Below, piece by piece: positions 40,049 through 49,750 of a stretch of DNA of 64,000 nt (position 1 is the first letter of the stretch; each line of letters starts with the position of its first letter). A program made the translations under genes and the position numbers. The DNA lies in contig OZ242039.1 of NCBI GenBank assembly GCA_965205085.1, positions 4,118,156-4,182,155 on the forward strand. Direction: 5' to 3'. The notes under the pieces are model-generated. The model had not been told where the DNA came from, made no database searches, and saw only the letters and a program-made list of their open reading frames with translations. Origin of the DNA: Bryobacterales bacterium. Its GTDB lineage: Bacteria; Acidobacteriota; Terriglobia; Bryobacterales; UBA6623.

Positions 40049-41353
40049 TTGCGGAGATTCTGCGTGACACCTCGGGCCGCGGCGCAGCGAACCGGGCGCC
40101 GCACTCTTTCCAGGGCTGGCACCGGGGTGATTCTCGCGGCCGCGCTTGTGTGGACGGCGGACCCGTCACGGGCAGACTCCCTGCGCGAAGCCGCCGAGGC
40201 ACTCGAGAGGGAAGACTTCGCCTCGGCCATTCCGTATCTAGAGAAGGCACTCGATGAGGAACCGGGGAATACCAACGTCAGGTTCAATCTCGCCTATGCT
40301 CTCCAGTCCACGGGCGACGCCGACGGTGCGATTCGTCACTACCGTGCGGTCGCCGAGCAGCAACCGGACCTGTTGCCGGCGCGAATGAATCTGGCGGGAC
40401 TGTTATCGCAAGTGGGGCAGTTCGAAGCTGCTGCCCGTGAATACGCGGTTCTGGCCGACCGGGTGCCGGAGGATCCAAGGCTTCTGGAATTACTGGCCAG
40501 CTCCCATCGCGAAGCTCGTGACTACCACCTCGCCGCCGAGGCCTTCGACCGACTCCTGACACTTGAGCCTGAGTCCCTCGAGGCGATCCTTGGGCTGGCG
40601 CACTCGCTCGAGGCGGGTGGCCAGTTGCGCGACTCGGTTCCATACTATCTGCGCGCAGCCGCGATCGACCCGCAACTCACCGAGACGCTGTTGGTGCTTG
40701 CCCATCGCCTGGAGGAGGCGGGGCACCGCCAGAATGCGATCGAAGTGTACCAGGAATACGCACGGGCCCGCCCCGGGAATGCCGCTGTGCAGGAGGAAGT
40801 CGGTATCCTGCTGCTCGAGGAGGACAATGTTCTGGCAGCACTGGATGCTCTCGAACGTGCGGTGGCTGCGGAGCCGACATTTCAGCGCCATGCGGCACTG
40901 GCCGAAGCTTACCGGCGTTCCGGGGATGTCGGCTCAGCGCACGAGCATCTGCGGATGGCGGCCAGTGCGGCCCCGGACAATGCCGGCGCACGCGTGCGTT
41001 ACGCCACTTCCTTGCTGCAGAGGCAGGAGTTCGAAGCTGCTGCGGCGGAATACAGGGCAGCCGCCGAGGCAGACGGAAGCGCCGTGGACGCTTGGAGCGG
41101 CCTGGCTTTCGCGCTGTTTCAGCTAGGCAATTTTCCCGCGACCTTGCATGCCATTGAGCGATCCGAGCGGCTCGGGCCGGCGTCGCCAGCGACGATCTAT
41201 CTGAAGGCGCTCGCACTGGACCGGATCCAGGACTACGAGTTGGCTCGGGCCGCATACAGGGCCTTCCTCGCAACCCGGCCAGAGATGCCGGACGAGGTCT
41301 GGAAGGCGGAGCAGCGGCTCAAGGCGATCGAGACCGTGCTGCGCAAGCGATGA
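40049..41353 (+). CDS. Exported tetratricopeptide repeat protein
   Basis: Repeated TPR helices (AIPYLEKAL, FNLAYAL, NLAGLL); start uncertain. Confidence 0.85.
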   Translation: MRRFCVTPRAAAQRTGRRTLSRAGTGVILAAALVWTADPSRADSLREAAEALEREDFASAIPYLEKALDEEPGNTNVRFNLAYALQSTGDADGAIRHYRAVAEQQPDLLPARMNLAGLLSQVGQFEAAAREYAVLADRVPEDPRLLELLASSHREARDYHLAAEAFDRLLTLEPESLEAILGLAHSLEAGGQLRDSVPYYLRAAAIDPQLTETLLVLAHRLEEAGHRQNAIEVYQEYARARPGNAAVQEEVGILLLEEDNVLAALDALERAVAAEPTFQRHAALAEAYRRSGDVGSAHEHLRMAASAAPDNAGARVRYATSLLQRQEFEAAAAEYRAAAEADGSAVDAWSGLAFALFQLGNFPATLHAIERSERLGPASPATIYLKALALDRIQDYELARAAYRAFLATRPEMPDEVWKAEQRLKAIETVLRKR

Positions 41354-41790
41354 TGCGCTCGGTCTTCCTCCTTGCGCTGGCTGGGGGTTGGTGCCTAGCG
41401 GCGGACCGGGCAGAGATGGACCGAATCCGTGAGGTTCCCGATCCCGAGAGGCGGTCCAAGCAAGCTCTGGCGTACGCCCGCTCACGGCTCGAAGCTGCTT
41501 TCAGGGCTTATCAGGAGGGGGAGTCGGAGAAAGGGAGGGCGTCTCTCCTCCTGATCGCCGAGTCGGTCGAGATGGCGACGGAGGCGCTCCAGGCGACTGG
41601 GAAACGTCCCAGCCGCAGTCCGCGTCACTTCAAGCATGCCGAGATTGCGACGAGGAGACTGCTGGCGGAACTCCGTCGTGGGCGTCGAGCCGTCATCTTG
41701 CAGGACCAAGCCGACTTCGACGAGACGATCCGGCGGGTCGAGGCGGCGAACAACACGCTGCTGCGTGGCATCCTGAGTTCAGGACGGTAG
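41350..41790 (+). CDS. Hypothetical exported helical protein
   Basis: Signal peptide; start overlaps the TPR gene stop; PRHFKHAEI. Confidence 0.7.
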   Translation: MMRSVFLLALAGGWCLAADRAEMDRIREVPDPERRSKQALAYARSRLEAAFRAYQEGESEKGRASLLLIAESVEMATEALQATGKRPSRSPRHFKHAEIATRRLLAELRRGRRAVILQDQADFDETIRRVEAANNTLLRGILSSGR

Positions 41791-41798
41791 GGACACCA

Positions 41799-42449
41799 AT
41801 GTCGAGAGCCACGATCCTTTTGGCCATGGCGCTGACTGTCGGCGCGAACGCGCAGGAGTTCGTTGGAGGTCGCGACTTCCTGACCGACTACGAAGTGGAC
41901 GTGGTCCGGGCGAGGCAGGGATTCAAGGCGCGGATCGAAGCGTATGTCAAGTTCGCCGCATTGCGCCTGGAGTTGGTTGAGCAAACCATCGATTCCGATG
42001 AGGCGGGCCGGGGGGCCAGGGTCCACCGCATCCTGGAGGAGTATGCATCAATCATCGAAGCGATCGACGACGTTATCGACGACGCATTGCTGAGGAACCA
42101 GAATACAGACGGGCCCCTCGAAGGCCTGCTGGAGGCAGAACGAATGTTCGCCGCGCGTCTGGCCAGTCTGGCCGCCGACCCGGGGGAGGATGCCTGGCGC
42201 TACGAATTCGTGCTGGACGACGCAATTCTGATCACGCAGGAGAGCATCGACCTGCTCGCTGAGGACCTCGGGGACCGCAAGCGGACATTGGTCCGCAGAG
42301 AGGCGATCGACAAGCGGCGGCAGGAGGACAGCATGACTCCAGACCGCAGGCGGGAGGTCGAGCGCACCCGCCAGGCGGAAGCGGAGGGGAGTCCGGAACG
42401 GAAGCGCCCGTCCCTTCTGCGTCCCGGCGAGAAGGTGGAGGGAAGGTAG
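41799..42449 (+). CDS. Hypothetical exported helical protein
   Basis: Signal peptide; RDFLTDYEVDxVR; C-terminal RPSLLRPGE. Confidence 0.7.
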   Translation: MSRATILLAMALTVGANAQEFVGGRDFLTDYEVDVVRARQGFKARIEAYVKFAALRLELVEQTIDSDEAGRGARVHRILEEYASIIEAIDDVIDDALLRNQNTDGPLEGLLEAERMFAARLASLAADPGEDAWRYEFVLDDAILITQESIDLLAEDLGDRKRTLVRREAIDKRRQEDSMTPDRRREVERTRQAEAEGSPERKRPSLLRPGEKVEGR

Positions 42450-42749
42450 ACAGGGCCTAGGGCCCGGCCCATCACACCATCTCGGGTGAATCGCGTCTCA
42501 AGACCAAGGCCCAACCAAAGTCAGGGCGGGCCCGGAACGATGACGAGACTGGCCGACACCCACCGCAAACTCAAGGGCCGGATCGCAGCGATCCTCCCGT
42601 GACGGACCCGCCATGGAAAACGGGGCTCCCCCGCTTCCGTCTGCTCTAGCTCGGTGCGATCGGCCCGCCTTCCTTCGGGTAGCTCAGGGCGGTGAGCTGG
42701 CGGACGTTAGTGTTCCGGAATCCGAAGATCCCACGGCTGTGGACAGGGC

Positions 42750-42792
42750 CCACTCCAGGCCGAAGTACTACCACTCCAGGCCGAAGTACTAC
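42750..42792 (+). repeat. Tandem duplication, 21 bp x 2
   Basis: CCACTCCAGGCCGAAGTACTA twice. Confidence 0.85.
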
Positions 42793-43142
42793 TATGTGCT
42801 GCTCGGTGCATAGGCACTCCGGTTCGGCTTGGGAACGTTGGGTGTTGCCAGACCAGCCTCTCTTCCGTCCAGGCCTGCGAACGTGCGTCCTGGAAGCGTC
42901 TCGGCATCGTGGTCGGATGACCGCAACGGGCGGGTCGCAGCTTCCCGGTCGCTGTCGAAATGATCATCCGCCGGGTTCGTGGACTCTCTCCCGTACGTAC
43001 ACGCTTCCCGAGGCTCTCCAAGGTATCGTGGTCAGTCGCGCTGCGGAATCCAGATCGAGACATCGAGGGGGACCTCCTGGGCTCGAACCGCTACCCCATT
43101 GCGATGCCGGAGGGTGGCAGGGGTCCGTACAATGAAACGTCA

Positions 43143-44603
43143 ATGTACCGGATTGGCGCTCTGATTGCGGGTTGCGGAGCCCTCGTGTGTATCGGGTCGC
43201 TGTTCGGCCAAGCGGAATTCCGGGTCTACACCGAGCATCCGAGAATATTTCTCGAACCGGCCAGGCTGGAGCGGCTGCGCAACGAGGTCCGTCGCGAAGC
43301 GTTGCGCTGGCAGGCGCTCCGCGCCCTGTTTGATGCGGGTACGGCGTTTCCGGAGCAACCTCTGGTCGATGCCCTACGCTTTCAGGTTGACGGGAACAGG
43401 GAGGCAGGCAGAAGGGCCCTCGAATGGACTGAGCAACTGACACGTGATGGCATTCGCACCGCCGGTGGCCTGCGGCACGCGGCGATCGTCTACGACTGGT
43501 GTCATGGACTGTTCGATGCCAACGCTGCCGCAGACGTGCGTAGCGCGGTCGTACAAGCGATCGAGGGGGTTCTGCCCACGGCGAATGCCGGACCCGATCT
43601 TGTGAGGGCGGCCATCCTGGCCAGCATCGCGGTTGCGGGCGATTGGCCCGGCTCGGACCGCGCATTGGGCGTCCTGATCGGCAGCCACTGGAACGGCGAC
43701 CTGATGCCGGAATTGGTGGCAGGCGGACTCACCGATGACGCAGCCAGCTTGACCGCAGTGCTGGAGGCTACCCTCGCGGTTCGACACAATCTGGAGATCG
43801 ACCTGTTGCGCCCGGCGACGGCTGCACTCGCGTCGCTCGTGAGGACCCGGCTCCTCAGTTACTATCCGCTCGACATCCGGACCGCTGAAGGACTCATGTG
43901 GCGACCGTCTTTCTTCGGCCCCGATGGGGTACAGGCTGGCCGTCAGGCACCGCTGTATCGCATCGCCGACATGCTGCTGGTCGCATACGAATCGAATCTG
44001 CGCGAGTTCCAGTTCATTCAGGGGTGGATTCGTGACGACAACTACATGCTCAAGTCGCCCCAGGGGATCCCGTACGAGTTCCTCTGGGTCAACCCATACC
44101 TGCCGGGACTGACGCCCCGGTCGGCCCCGACCCTGGCGCATGATGGAGTGCGGGGCCGATTGTTCGGCCGTCTGCACTGGGGGCGCCCGACAACCTGGAT
44201 CGGATACTCCCACGGGCGGCTGGAAATGCTATCCGAAGACGGCGCATCGGAAACCGACAGACTGGATGGACTTGACCCCGTCTACTTCCCGGCGGCGGTC
44301 GTTGTCCCGGTCCGGGCACCAGCCAAGCTGGTCCTTACGTGGCGACCGGTCGGGGAGCCGGTCCCGAGCCTGGTGAACATCTATCTGGTCGGACTCCGCT
44401 CCGGGGAGACCTACGTGCTGAAGGTGGCCGGGAGGCCGGGCCGCCTGGCCCAGGCGGGAGCCGGCGGGATTCTGGTCTTGCGAGCCGATGCGAGTGCGCC
44501 GAAGCGTGACCGGATCGACTTGCGACGGAAGGTACGCATCGAACTGCGTCCGGCGCTCAAGCCAACCGCCCCCCGCAGGGGCCGACCGTCGCTTGGGCAA
44601 TGA
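43143..44603 (+). CDS. Hypothetical exported protein (helical N-terminus reminiscent of heparinase II/III-type folds)
   Basis: Signal peptide; EHPRIFL, AIVYDWC, YEFLWVNPYLPGL. Confidence 0.65.
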   Translation: MYRIGALIAGCGALVCIGSLFGQAEFRVYTEHPRIFLEPARLERLRNEVRREALRWQALRALFDAGTAFPEQPLVDALRFQVDGNREAGRRALEWTEQLTRDGIRTAGGLRHAAIVYDWCHGLFDANAAADVRSAVVQAIEGVLPTANAGPDLVRAAILASIAVAGDWPGSDRALGVLIGSHWNGDLMPELVAGGLTDDAASLTAVLEATLAVRHNLEIDLLRPATAALASLVRTRLLSYYPLDIRTAEGLMWRPSFFGPDGVQAGRQAPLYRIADMLLVAYESNLREFQFIQGWIRDDNYMLKSPQGIPYEFLWVNPYLPGLTPRSAPTLAHDGVRGRLFGRLHWGRPTTWIGYSHGRLEMLSEDGASETDRLDGLDPVYFPAAVVVPVRAPAKLVLTWRPVGEPVPSLVNIYLVGLRSGETYVLKVAGRPGRLAQAGAGGILVLRADASAPKRDRIDLRRKVRIELRPALKPTAPRRGRPSLGQ

Positions 44604-44614
44604 TTCGCTGCGGG

Positions 44615-45286
44615 TCAGCCCTCCTGGCCGGCTGACGGGCAGAACGCGGCCAGGCCACAAGCCTCGCAGGCAGGCTTCCTCGCCCGGCAGACTTGGCGAC
44701 CGTGGTGGATGATCTGGTGGGAGAACGGCACCCAACGCGTCCGCGGCAGCAATCCCATCAGCCCCTTCTCGATCTTCACGGGGTTCTGTTCAGTCGTGAG
44801 CCCGAGGCGCCGCGAGAGGCGCTGTACGTGTGTGTCCACCACCACCCCGGTCGAGCGGCCGAACCAGGTGCCGGTCACGACGTTCGCGGTTTTCCGGGCC
44901 ACTCCAGGCAGGGTTAGCAAGTGATCCATTCGCGAAGGTACTTTCCCCCTGTACACGTTGACGATCCGCTGGGCTGCTCCCTTGAGGGACTTGGCCTTGT
45001 TGCGGAAGAATCCCGTGGTGCGGATGAGTTCCTCGATGCTCTCCACGGGCGCTTCAGCAATATCGGCAACGGTAGGGTAGGCCGCAAACAGTTCCGGCGT
45101 TACCTTGTTCACTCGGGTGTCGGTGCACTGCGCCGACAGAATCGTAGCCGCTAGCAACTCCCAGGCGCTGGAATGGCGCAAGGCGCACTCCGCGCCGGGG
45201 TAGTCACGGTCAAGTTGCCGTAGAATTTTCCTCACGCGCCGCCTGCGCGCCTCATCCGACTCCGTGGTCGGCTTCGGTTCATCCAT
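44615..45286 (-). CDS. nth: Endonuclease III
   Basis: LSAQCTD, LPGVARKTANV, VDTHV, CxARKPxCxxCxxxxxC. Confidence 0.96.
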   Translation of the reverse strand: MDEPKPTTESDEARRRRVRKILRQLDRDYPGAECALRHSSAWELLAATILSAQCTDTRVNKVTPELFAAYPTVADIAEAPVESIEELIRTTGFFRNKAKSLKGAAQRIVNVYRGKVPSRMDHLLTLPGVARKTANVVTGTWFGRSTGVVVDTHVQRLSRRLGLTTEQNPVKIEKGLMGLLPRTRWVPFSHQIIHHGRQVCRARKPACEACGLAAFCPSAGQEG

Positions 45287-45726
45287 TCCCGCCATAGTAT
45301 CCGATAGCCGATGATACCGGACCAGCAGGTCGGCCCGATCCTGCGGGAGTGTGGATGGTTCGGCTATGGTATGGGGAAGCGCTGGCCGGTAGGCCCGCTC
45401 CGACTGGGTGCGCAGTGACGGTCTGACTACCTCATCGTCCATGCGGATGACGACGGTCCGTGCATTGCCGCCCGCTCATCGGGCCCGACTCTGCAGCCGC
45501 AATGGTTCCCAATGGGAATGTTCAGCGCGACCCACCAGCATTTGGAGTGCGACTTGGGCCTGTTCCGGAATACCGACGAAACCGCCGAATCGACAAAATG
45601 CACCTCACCGCCCCCCAATGGTAACTACCCAGGTTCTCGGCCTGAGGTCGCATTTTTAGCAGGGCTTGTGTTGTGACGTGCGCACCGTGCGGCGCGTGGC
45701 GGAGACCGGCTGCCGTCGCAGGCCGT

Positions 45727-47448
45727 CTACTGCCCGCTGGGCGGGAGGCTCGGGGCCAAGCCCGCCCGCGCAAGCAGGGCCGCCGGCCCCTCGAGCAGGG
45801 TCTCGATCGGCTTCAGCCCCTGCTTGCGCGCCGTCGACAGCACACTGCGCAGCGTGACGAACTCCCGCGCCCCTTGCAGCGAACGGAACCCTCCCGAGAT
45901 CTTCATCAGCAGCTTCATCATGCGCAAGTCCCGCTCTCCCAAGTTGTTCGTGAACGGCACACTCAAATCGAACAGGAAATGCAACACCCAGGCGCGTCTC
46001 CGTTCCAGCCGCAAGGCCAGATTATGGCCGGGCCGACGTTTCGGGCGGCCCCGCCGGCCGGTCGGCAACGGCGGCAGCCCGCTGTGATAGTCCAGGGCCT
46101 CCTGCACCAACTCGTCATAGCGGCTCTCCATCCGCTCCAACAGCTGGGGCGGCACCACCCCGCCCCGTTTGCGGGCCCACTCCGCCACCCGCTTGGCCGC
46201 CCGCAGAAAACGCTGCATCCGCCCGGCCCAGGCTTCCCCGTCGATCTTCACCAGGGCCTCTAACTCGCGCAAATGATGGGCGTTGCACAGTGCGTGCAGC
46301 ACATCCGGCACCTGGAAGTAGGGAGCCCAGTGATCGTGCACCAAGATCCCTCGCAGCCCCGCCAACACCCCGCCCCGCTTCTCACTGATGCGGTAGTAGG
46401 TCAGCAGCTGATTGCTCAGTCCATGCAGCCACTGTCCTCGTCCCGCCACCCGGAAACCGGTCTCGTCGAGGTGCTTCACCCCGGGGCAACCGATGAGGTG
46501 CTCCCGGATCCGCTCGACGAAGGGCTCCCAGGCCTCGGCCGCCCGGCGGCGCAGGTTGTTCAGGGTGCCGGGGCACAGGCTCACACCGCACAGGTCCCGC
46601 AGGAGCTGGGTCAGCCGCTCCTCGGGCAGGAAGTGGGCGTTCTGCAAGTAGATCGCCGTGGCCACCAGGCGCGGCCCGTACTGGACCGGGGCCGTCACGT
46701 CCTCCGGAAAGGCGGCCCGGGTCGAGAGCCCGCAGCGCCGGCAGCGACAGGCCAACGCCCGATGCTCGGTCACTTCCGGCTTGGGTTCCGGGAGATCAAA
46801 GACCTGCCGCCGCTTCGCCTCCCCGTCCACATCCGCCCGCCTCAGGGCTTTGCCGCACCGGCCGCAGGCTTGCGGAAAGTGCTCCTGAATCCGGTCCGGG
46901 TTGTCCGTCTGGTGCAGCGTCGTGCCCCGGTGCCCTTTCTGACCCCCGCTGCGCCGGCCGGTGCGCCGCCGCTGGCTGCGGGTCCGCTGGCTGGCCGGCG
47001 GTTTCGCCAGCCCATCGCTCGACGGGGGTTTCCCGCTGTTGCTGCTGTTCAGGCCCAAGCTCCGCCGCGACTGCTGCCCTTCCTCCTGCGCGGCCTCCAA
47101 CTGCTGCATCAACTGCTTTCGCTCGGCCTGCCACTGGGCTTCTTTCGCTTGCCACTGCTTTCGCTCGGCTTGCCACTCGCCTTCTTTCGCCTGCCACTGG
47201 GCGTCCTTCGCCTGCCACTGCTTTCGCTCGGCTTGCCACTCGCCTTCTTTCGCCTGCCACTGGGCGTCCTTCGCCTGCCACTGCTTTCGCTCGGCTTGCC
47301 ACTCGCCTTCTTTCGCCTGCCACTGGGCGTCCTTCGCCTGCAAGCGGGTGACTTCGGCTTGCAACTGACCGAGCTTGGCCTGCAGACGAGTCCTCTCCGC
47401 CTGCCAGTGCAGCAGACGGGACTTGCTCTTGGTGCGCTGCCCCTGCAT
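45727..47448 (-). CDS. IS66 transposase
   Basis: NSSNSGKPPSSD, GGQKGH, CxxC, HLDETG, HDHW, LCNAHHLREL, TNNLGERDLR. Confidence 0.93.
   Translation of the reverse strand: MQGQRTKSKSRLLHWQAERTRLQAKLGQLQAEVTRLQAKDAQWQAKEGEWQAERKQWQAKDAQWQAKEGEWQAERKQWQAKDAQWQAKEGEWQAERKQWQAKEAQWQAERKQLMQQLEAAQEEGQQSRRSLGLNSSNSGKPPSSDGLAKPPASQRTRSQRRRTGRRSGGQKGHRGTTLHQTDNPDRIQEHFPQACGRCGKALRRADVDGEAKRRQVFDLPEPKPEVTEHRALACRCRRCGLSTRAAFPEDVTAPVQYGPRLVATAIYLQNAHFLPEERLTQLLRDLCGVSLCPGTLNNLRRRAAEAWEPFVERIREHLIGCPGVKHLDETGFRVAGRGQWLHGLSNQLLTYYRISEKRGGVLAGLRGILVHDHWAPYFQVPDVLHALCNAHHLRELEALVKIDGEAWAGRMQRFLRAAKRVAEWARKRGGVVPPQLLERMESRYDELVQEALDYHSGLPPLPTGRRGRPKRRPGHNLALRLERRRAWVLHFLFDLSVPFTNNLGERDLRMMKLLMKISGGFRSLQGAREFVTLRSVLSTARKQGLKPIETLLEGPAALLARAGLAPSLPPSGQ
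47150..47338 (-). repeat. 63 bp x 3 perfect tandem repeat built from 21-bp heptad subunits, inside the IS66 transposase
   Basis: Encodes (QAKDAQWQAKEGEWQAERKQW)x3. Confidence 0.92.
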
Positions 47449-47945
47449 GTCCCGGCCTCGGCTCCGGCTTGGCCTGAGGCTGCGGCTGGCTCGCTACGGC
47501 CTCGACTTCCGGAAAGGACTTCATCCTACGCCTTCTCCGCCCATAAGTCAAGCGCCCCTCCCCCTCCTGATCCTTCTCCGGGACCCAAAGTACCTGGGCA
47601 GTTACCCCCAATGACGCATTCGGCGAGTTGGATACATGCGTCCAGTTGGGCAAACCTGTCGGGAACGTCGTGAGCGCTTTCCGGAGCCCTGCCGAGCATT
47701 CCCGGCTCGTCCGCCTCTGTGGGGTCACGGTGTGCTCGATCTGGGCGCAATAGTGGGACGGGAACCGCAGACCCACGCACAGAGGGAGGAGGCCGAGGTG
47801 GATTTCTCCGACTCCTTCTTTTCGGTCAGCCTTCGGCGAGGGGTCCACCCCGTCCGAACCGTGAACGACCGCAACCGGTTATCCCGGCCAGCTGCAGGGC
47901 CGAGCTAGTGTCTGCCAGAAAACCCTAGAAATCTTTTGATATCAG

Positions 47946-47954
47946 TGGTATAAT
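47946..47954 (+). promoter_or_regulatory. Extended -10 promoter (TGGTATAAT) of the ISNCY transposase
   Basis: Consensus TGnTATAAT about 95 nt upstream of the ATG. Confidence 0.55.
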
Positions 47955-48047
47955 GGTGATTTGACGGCCCCAAGAAAGCGGTTTTCAGGCGCTTGGGGGC
48001 TGAATCGGGCCAGAAACGGCCCATCTTCAGAGGACGGGAAAACCCTG

Positions 48048-49463
48048 ATGCGCGAAATTCACCAACGACAACTGCAGATCGGTCAGGTGTCGATCGAGAA
48101 GATGGAGATCGAACTCGATTGTCGCGACGACACGACGGCGGTCCTGCGCGGCTTGCAGCATCTGTTCTGTACGCCTGCGGTCTACACGCAAGTGATGGGC
48201 CTGCTGGAGAAGCACTTGCTGGCCAACGTCAAGCGGGGGGTCGGTCGACCGGGGCTGGACCTCTGGCAGATCCTGGTGCTGGGGCTGCTCAAGGAGGGCC
48301 TCAACCTGGACTTCGACCGGCTCCGCAATCTGGCCAATCACCACGACCAGGTGCGCCAGATGCTGGGCCACGGCGTGTTCGACGAGACCCGCTACAAGCA
48401 TCAGCGCCTGCTCGACAATGTCTCCCTGCTGACGCCGGAGTTGCTGGCCGCGATCAACAAGGTTCTGGTGCAGGAGGGCCACACGGTGCTGGAGCACAGC
48501 CCGGGGGAGGCCTTGCGCGGGCGGTGTGACTCGTTCGTGGCCGAGACCGACGTGCACTATCCGACCGACGTCTCGCTGTTGTGGGATGCGATGCGATGTT
48601 TGCTGAAGTGTCTGGGGCGGCAGGCCGGTCCGCACGGCGTGACGGGCTGGCGGCAGTGGCAGAAGCAGGCCCGCCGGGTGCGCTCACTGTTCCATGCGGT
48701 GCGCCAGACGCGACGGGCCACGCGTCCCCGGGTGGTGGCCTACCTGCGCACCTGCAAGGACTTGGTCCGCCGCGCCACGAGCAGTCTGAAGGCTTTGGAT
48801 GAGGCAGGAATGAAGAAGTCCAGGATCCAGCAAATCAAGGATTTGATTGCCCATGCAGAGCGTCAGATCGACCAGTCCGAGCGGCGGCTGCTGGAAGGCG
48901 AGAAGATTCCGCAGGAGGAGAAGGTGTTCTCGATCTTCGAGCCGCACACGCGCTGGATCTCGAAGGGCAAGGCCGGCTGTCCGGTCGAGCTGGGAGTGCC
49001 GGTCTGCGTAGTCGAGGACCAGCACCAGTTTCTGCTGCACCACAAGGTGCTGTGGGAAGGCGGCGACGTGGACATCGCGGAGCCGATTATCGAGGAGACG
49101 CAGGAGTTATTCCCGGACCTGCGGGCGTGCAGTTTTGACCGCAACTTTCACAGTCCGGAGAATCGGATCAAGCTGGACAAGCTGCTGGATCTGAATGCGC
49201 TACCGGCGAAGGGCAAGTTGAGCGCGGCCCAGCGGGAGCGGGAGGCCGAGGAGTCGTTTCGGAAGGCGCGGCGGCAGCACTCGGCGGTGGAGGCGGCGAT
49301 CAATCATCTGGAGCATCACGGACTGGACCGGGTGCGGACGATGGGCAAGGCAGGCTTCGAGCGCACCGTGGCGCTGGCGGTGTTGGGGGCCAACCTGCAC
49401 CGCCTGGGACGGGTCCTGCTGCAAGCGGACCGCGAGGCTGCCCAGTGCAGCCTCGCGGCCTGA
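48048..49463 (+). CDS. ISNCY transposase
   Basis: GRPGLDLWQILVLG, RCDSFVAETDVHYPTD, EKVFSIFEPHT, SFDRNF, HSAVEAAINHLE. Confidence 0.92.
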   Translation: MREIHQRQLQIGQVSIEKMEIELDCRDDTTAVLRGLQHLFCTPAVYTQVMGLLEKHLLANVKRGVGRPGLDLWQILVLGLLKEGLNLDFDRLRNLANHHDQVRQMLGHGVFDETRYKHQRLLDNVSLLTPELLAAINKVLVQEGHTVLEHSPGEALRGRCDSFVAETDVHYPTDVSLLWDAMRCLLKCLGRQAGPHGVTGWRQWQKQARRVRSLFHAVRQTRRATRPRVVAYLRTCKDLVRRATSSLKALDEAGMKKSRIQQIKDLIAHAERQIDQSERRLLEGEKIPQEEKVFSIFEPHTRWISKGKAGCPVELGVPVCVVEDQHQFLLHHKVLWEGGDVDIAEPIIEETQELFPDLRACSFDRNFHSPENRIKLDKLLDLNALPAKGKLSAAQREREAEESFRKARRQHSAVEAAINHLEHHGLDRVRTMGKAGFERTVALAVLGANLHRLGRVLLQADREAAQCSLAA

Positions 49464-49750
49464 AGCGGTTTCGGGCACCCCGCCGGGAGCCACGGCCACC
49501 GGCCCGGCAGGGGGACCTGTGTCTGATCGGCCAAGGCGGCAGTTGAGAGCTCTCAGAACGGGTGCCGGCCGGGCAAATGCTGACCCAGTTGAGGCTCTGA
49601 GATGACAGGCATTCAGAGGAACCAAATCAGGCCTAATCCAACCATTTGTCATCGATATTGTTTTCGCCTTCGATCGAGACATCGGGCCCCAAAAGGGTTT
49701 TCTGGCAGACACGAGCTAATGCCGCTACCGTATACAGGACGGAAACATCG

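Larger units (their letters stand above)
45621..47605 (-). mobile_element. IS66-family element (single-ORF, ISBst12-like)
   Basis: TIRs GTAACT(A/G)CCCAGGT; perfect 8-bp TSD CCCCAATG at 45613-45620 and 47606-47613; no tnpA/tnpB ORFs seen. Confidence 0.95.
47908..49712 (+). mobile_element. ISNCY-family (ISDol1-like) element
   Basis: 19-bp perfect TIR GTGTCTGCCAGAAAACCCT; 6-bp TSD GAGCTA at 47902-47907 and 49713-49718. Confidence 0.92.
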
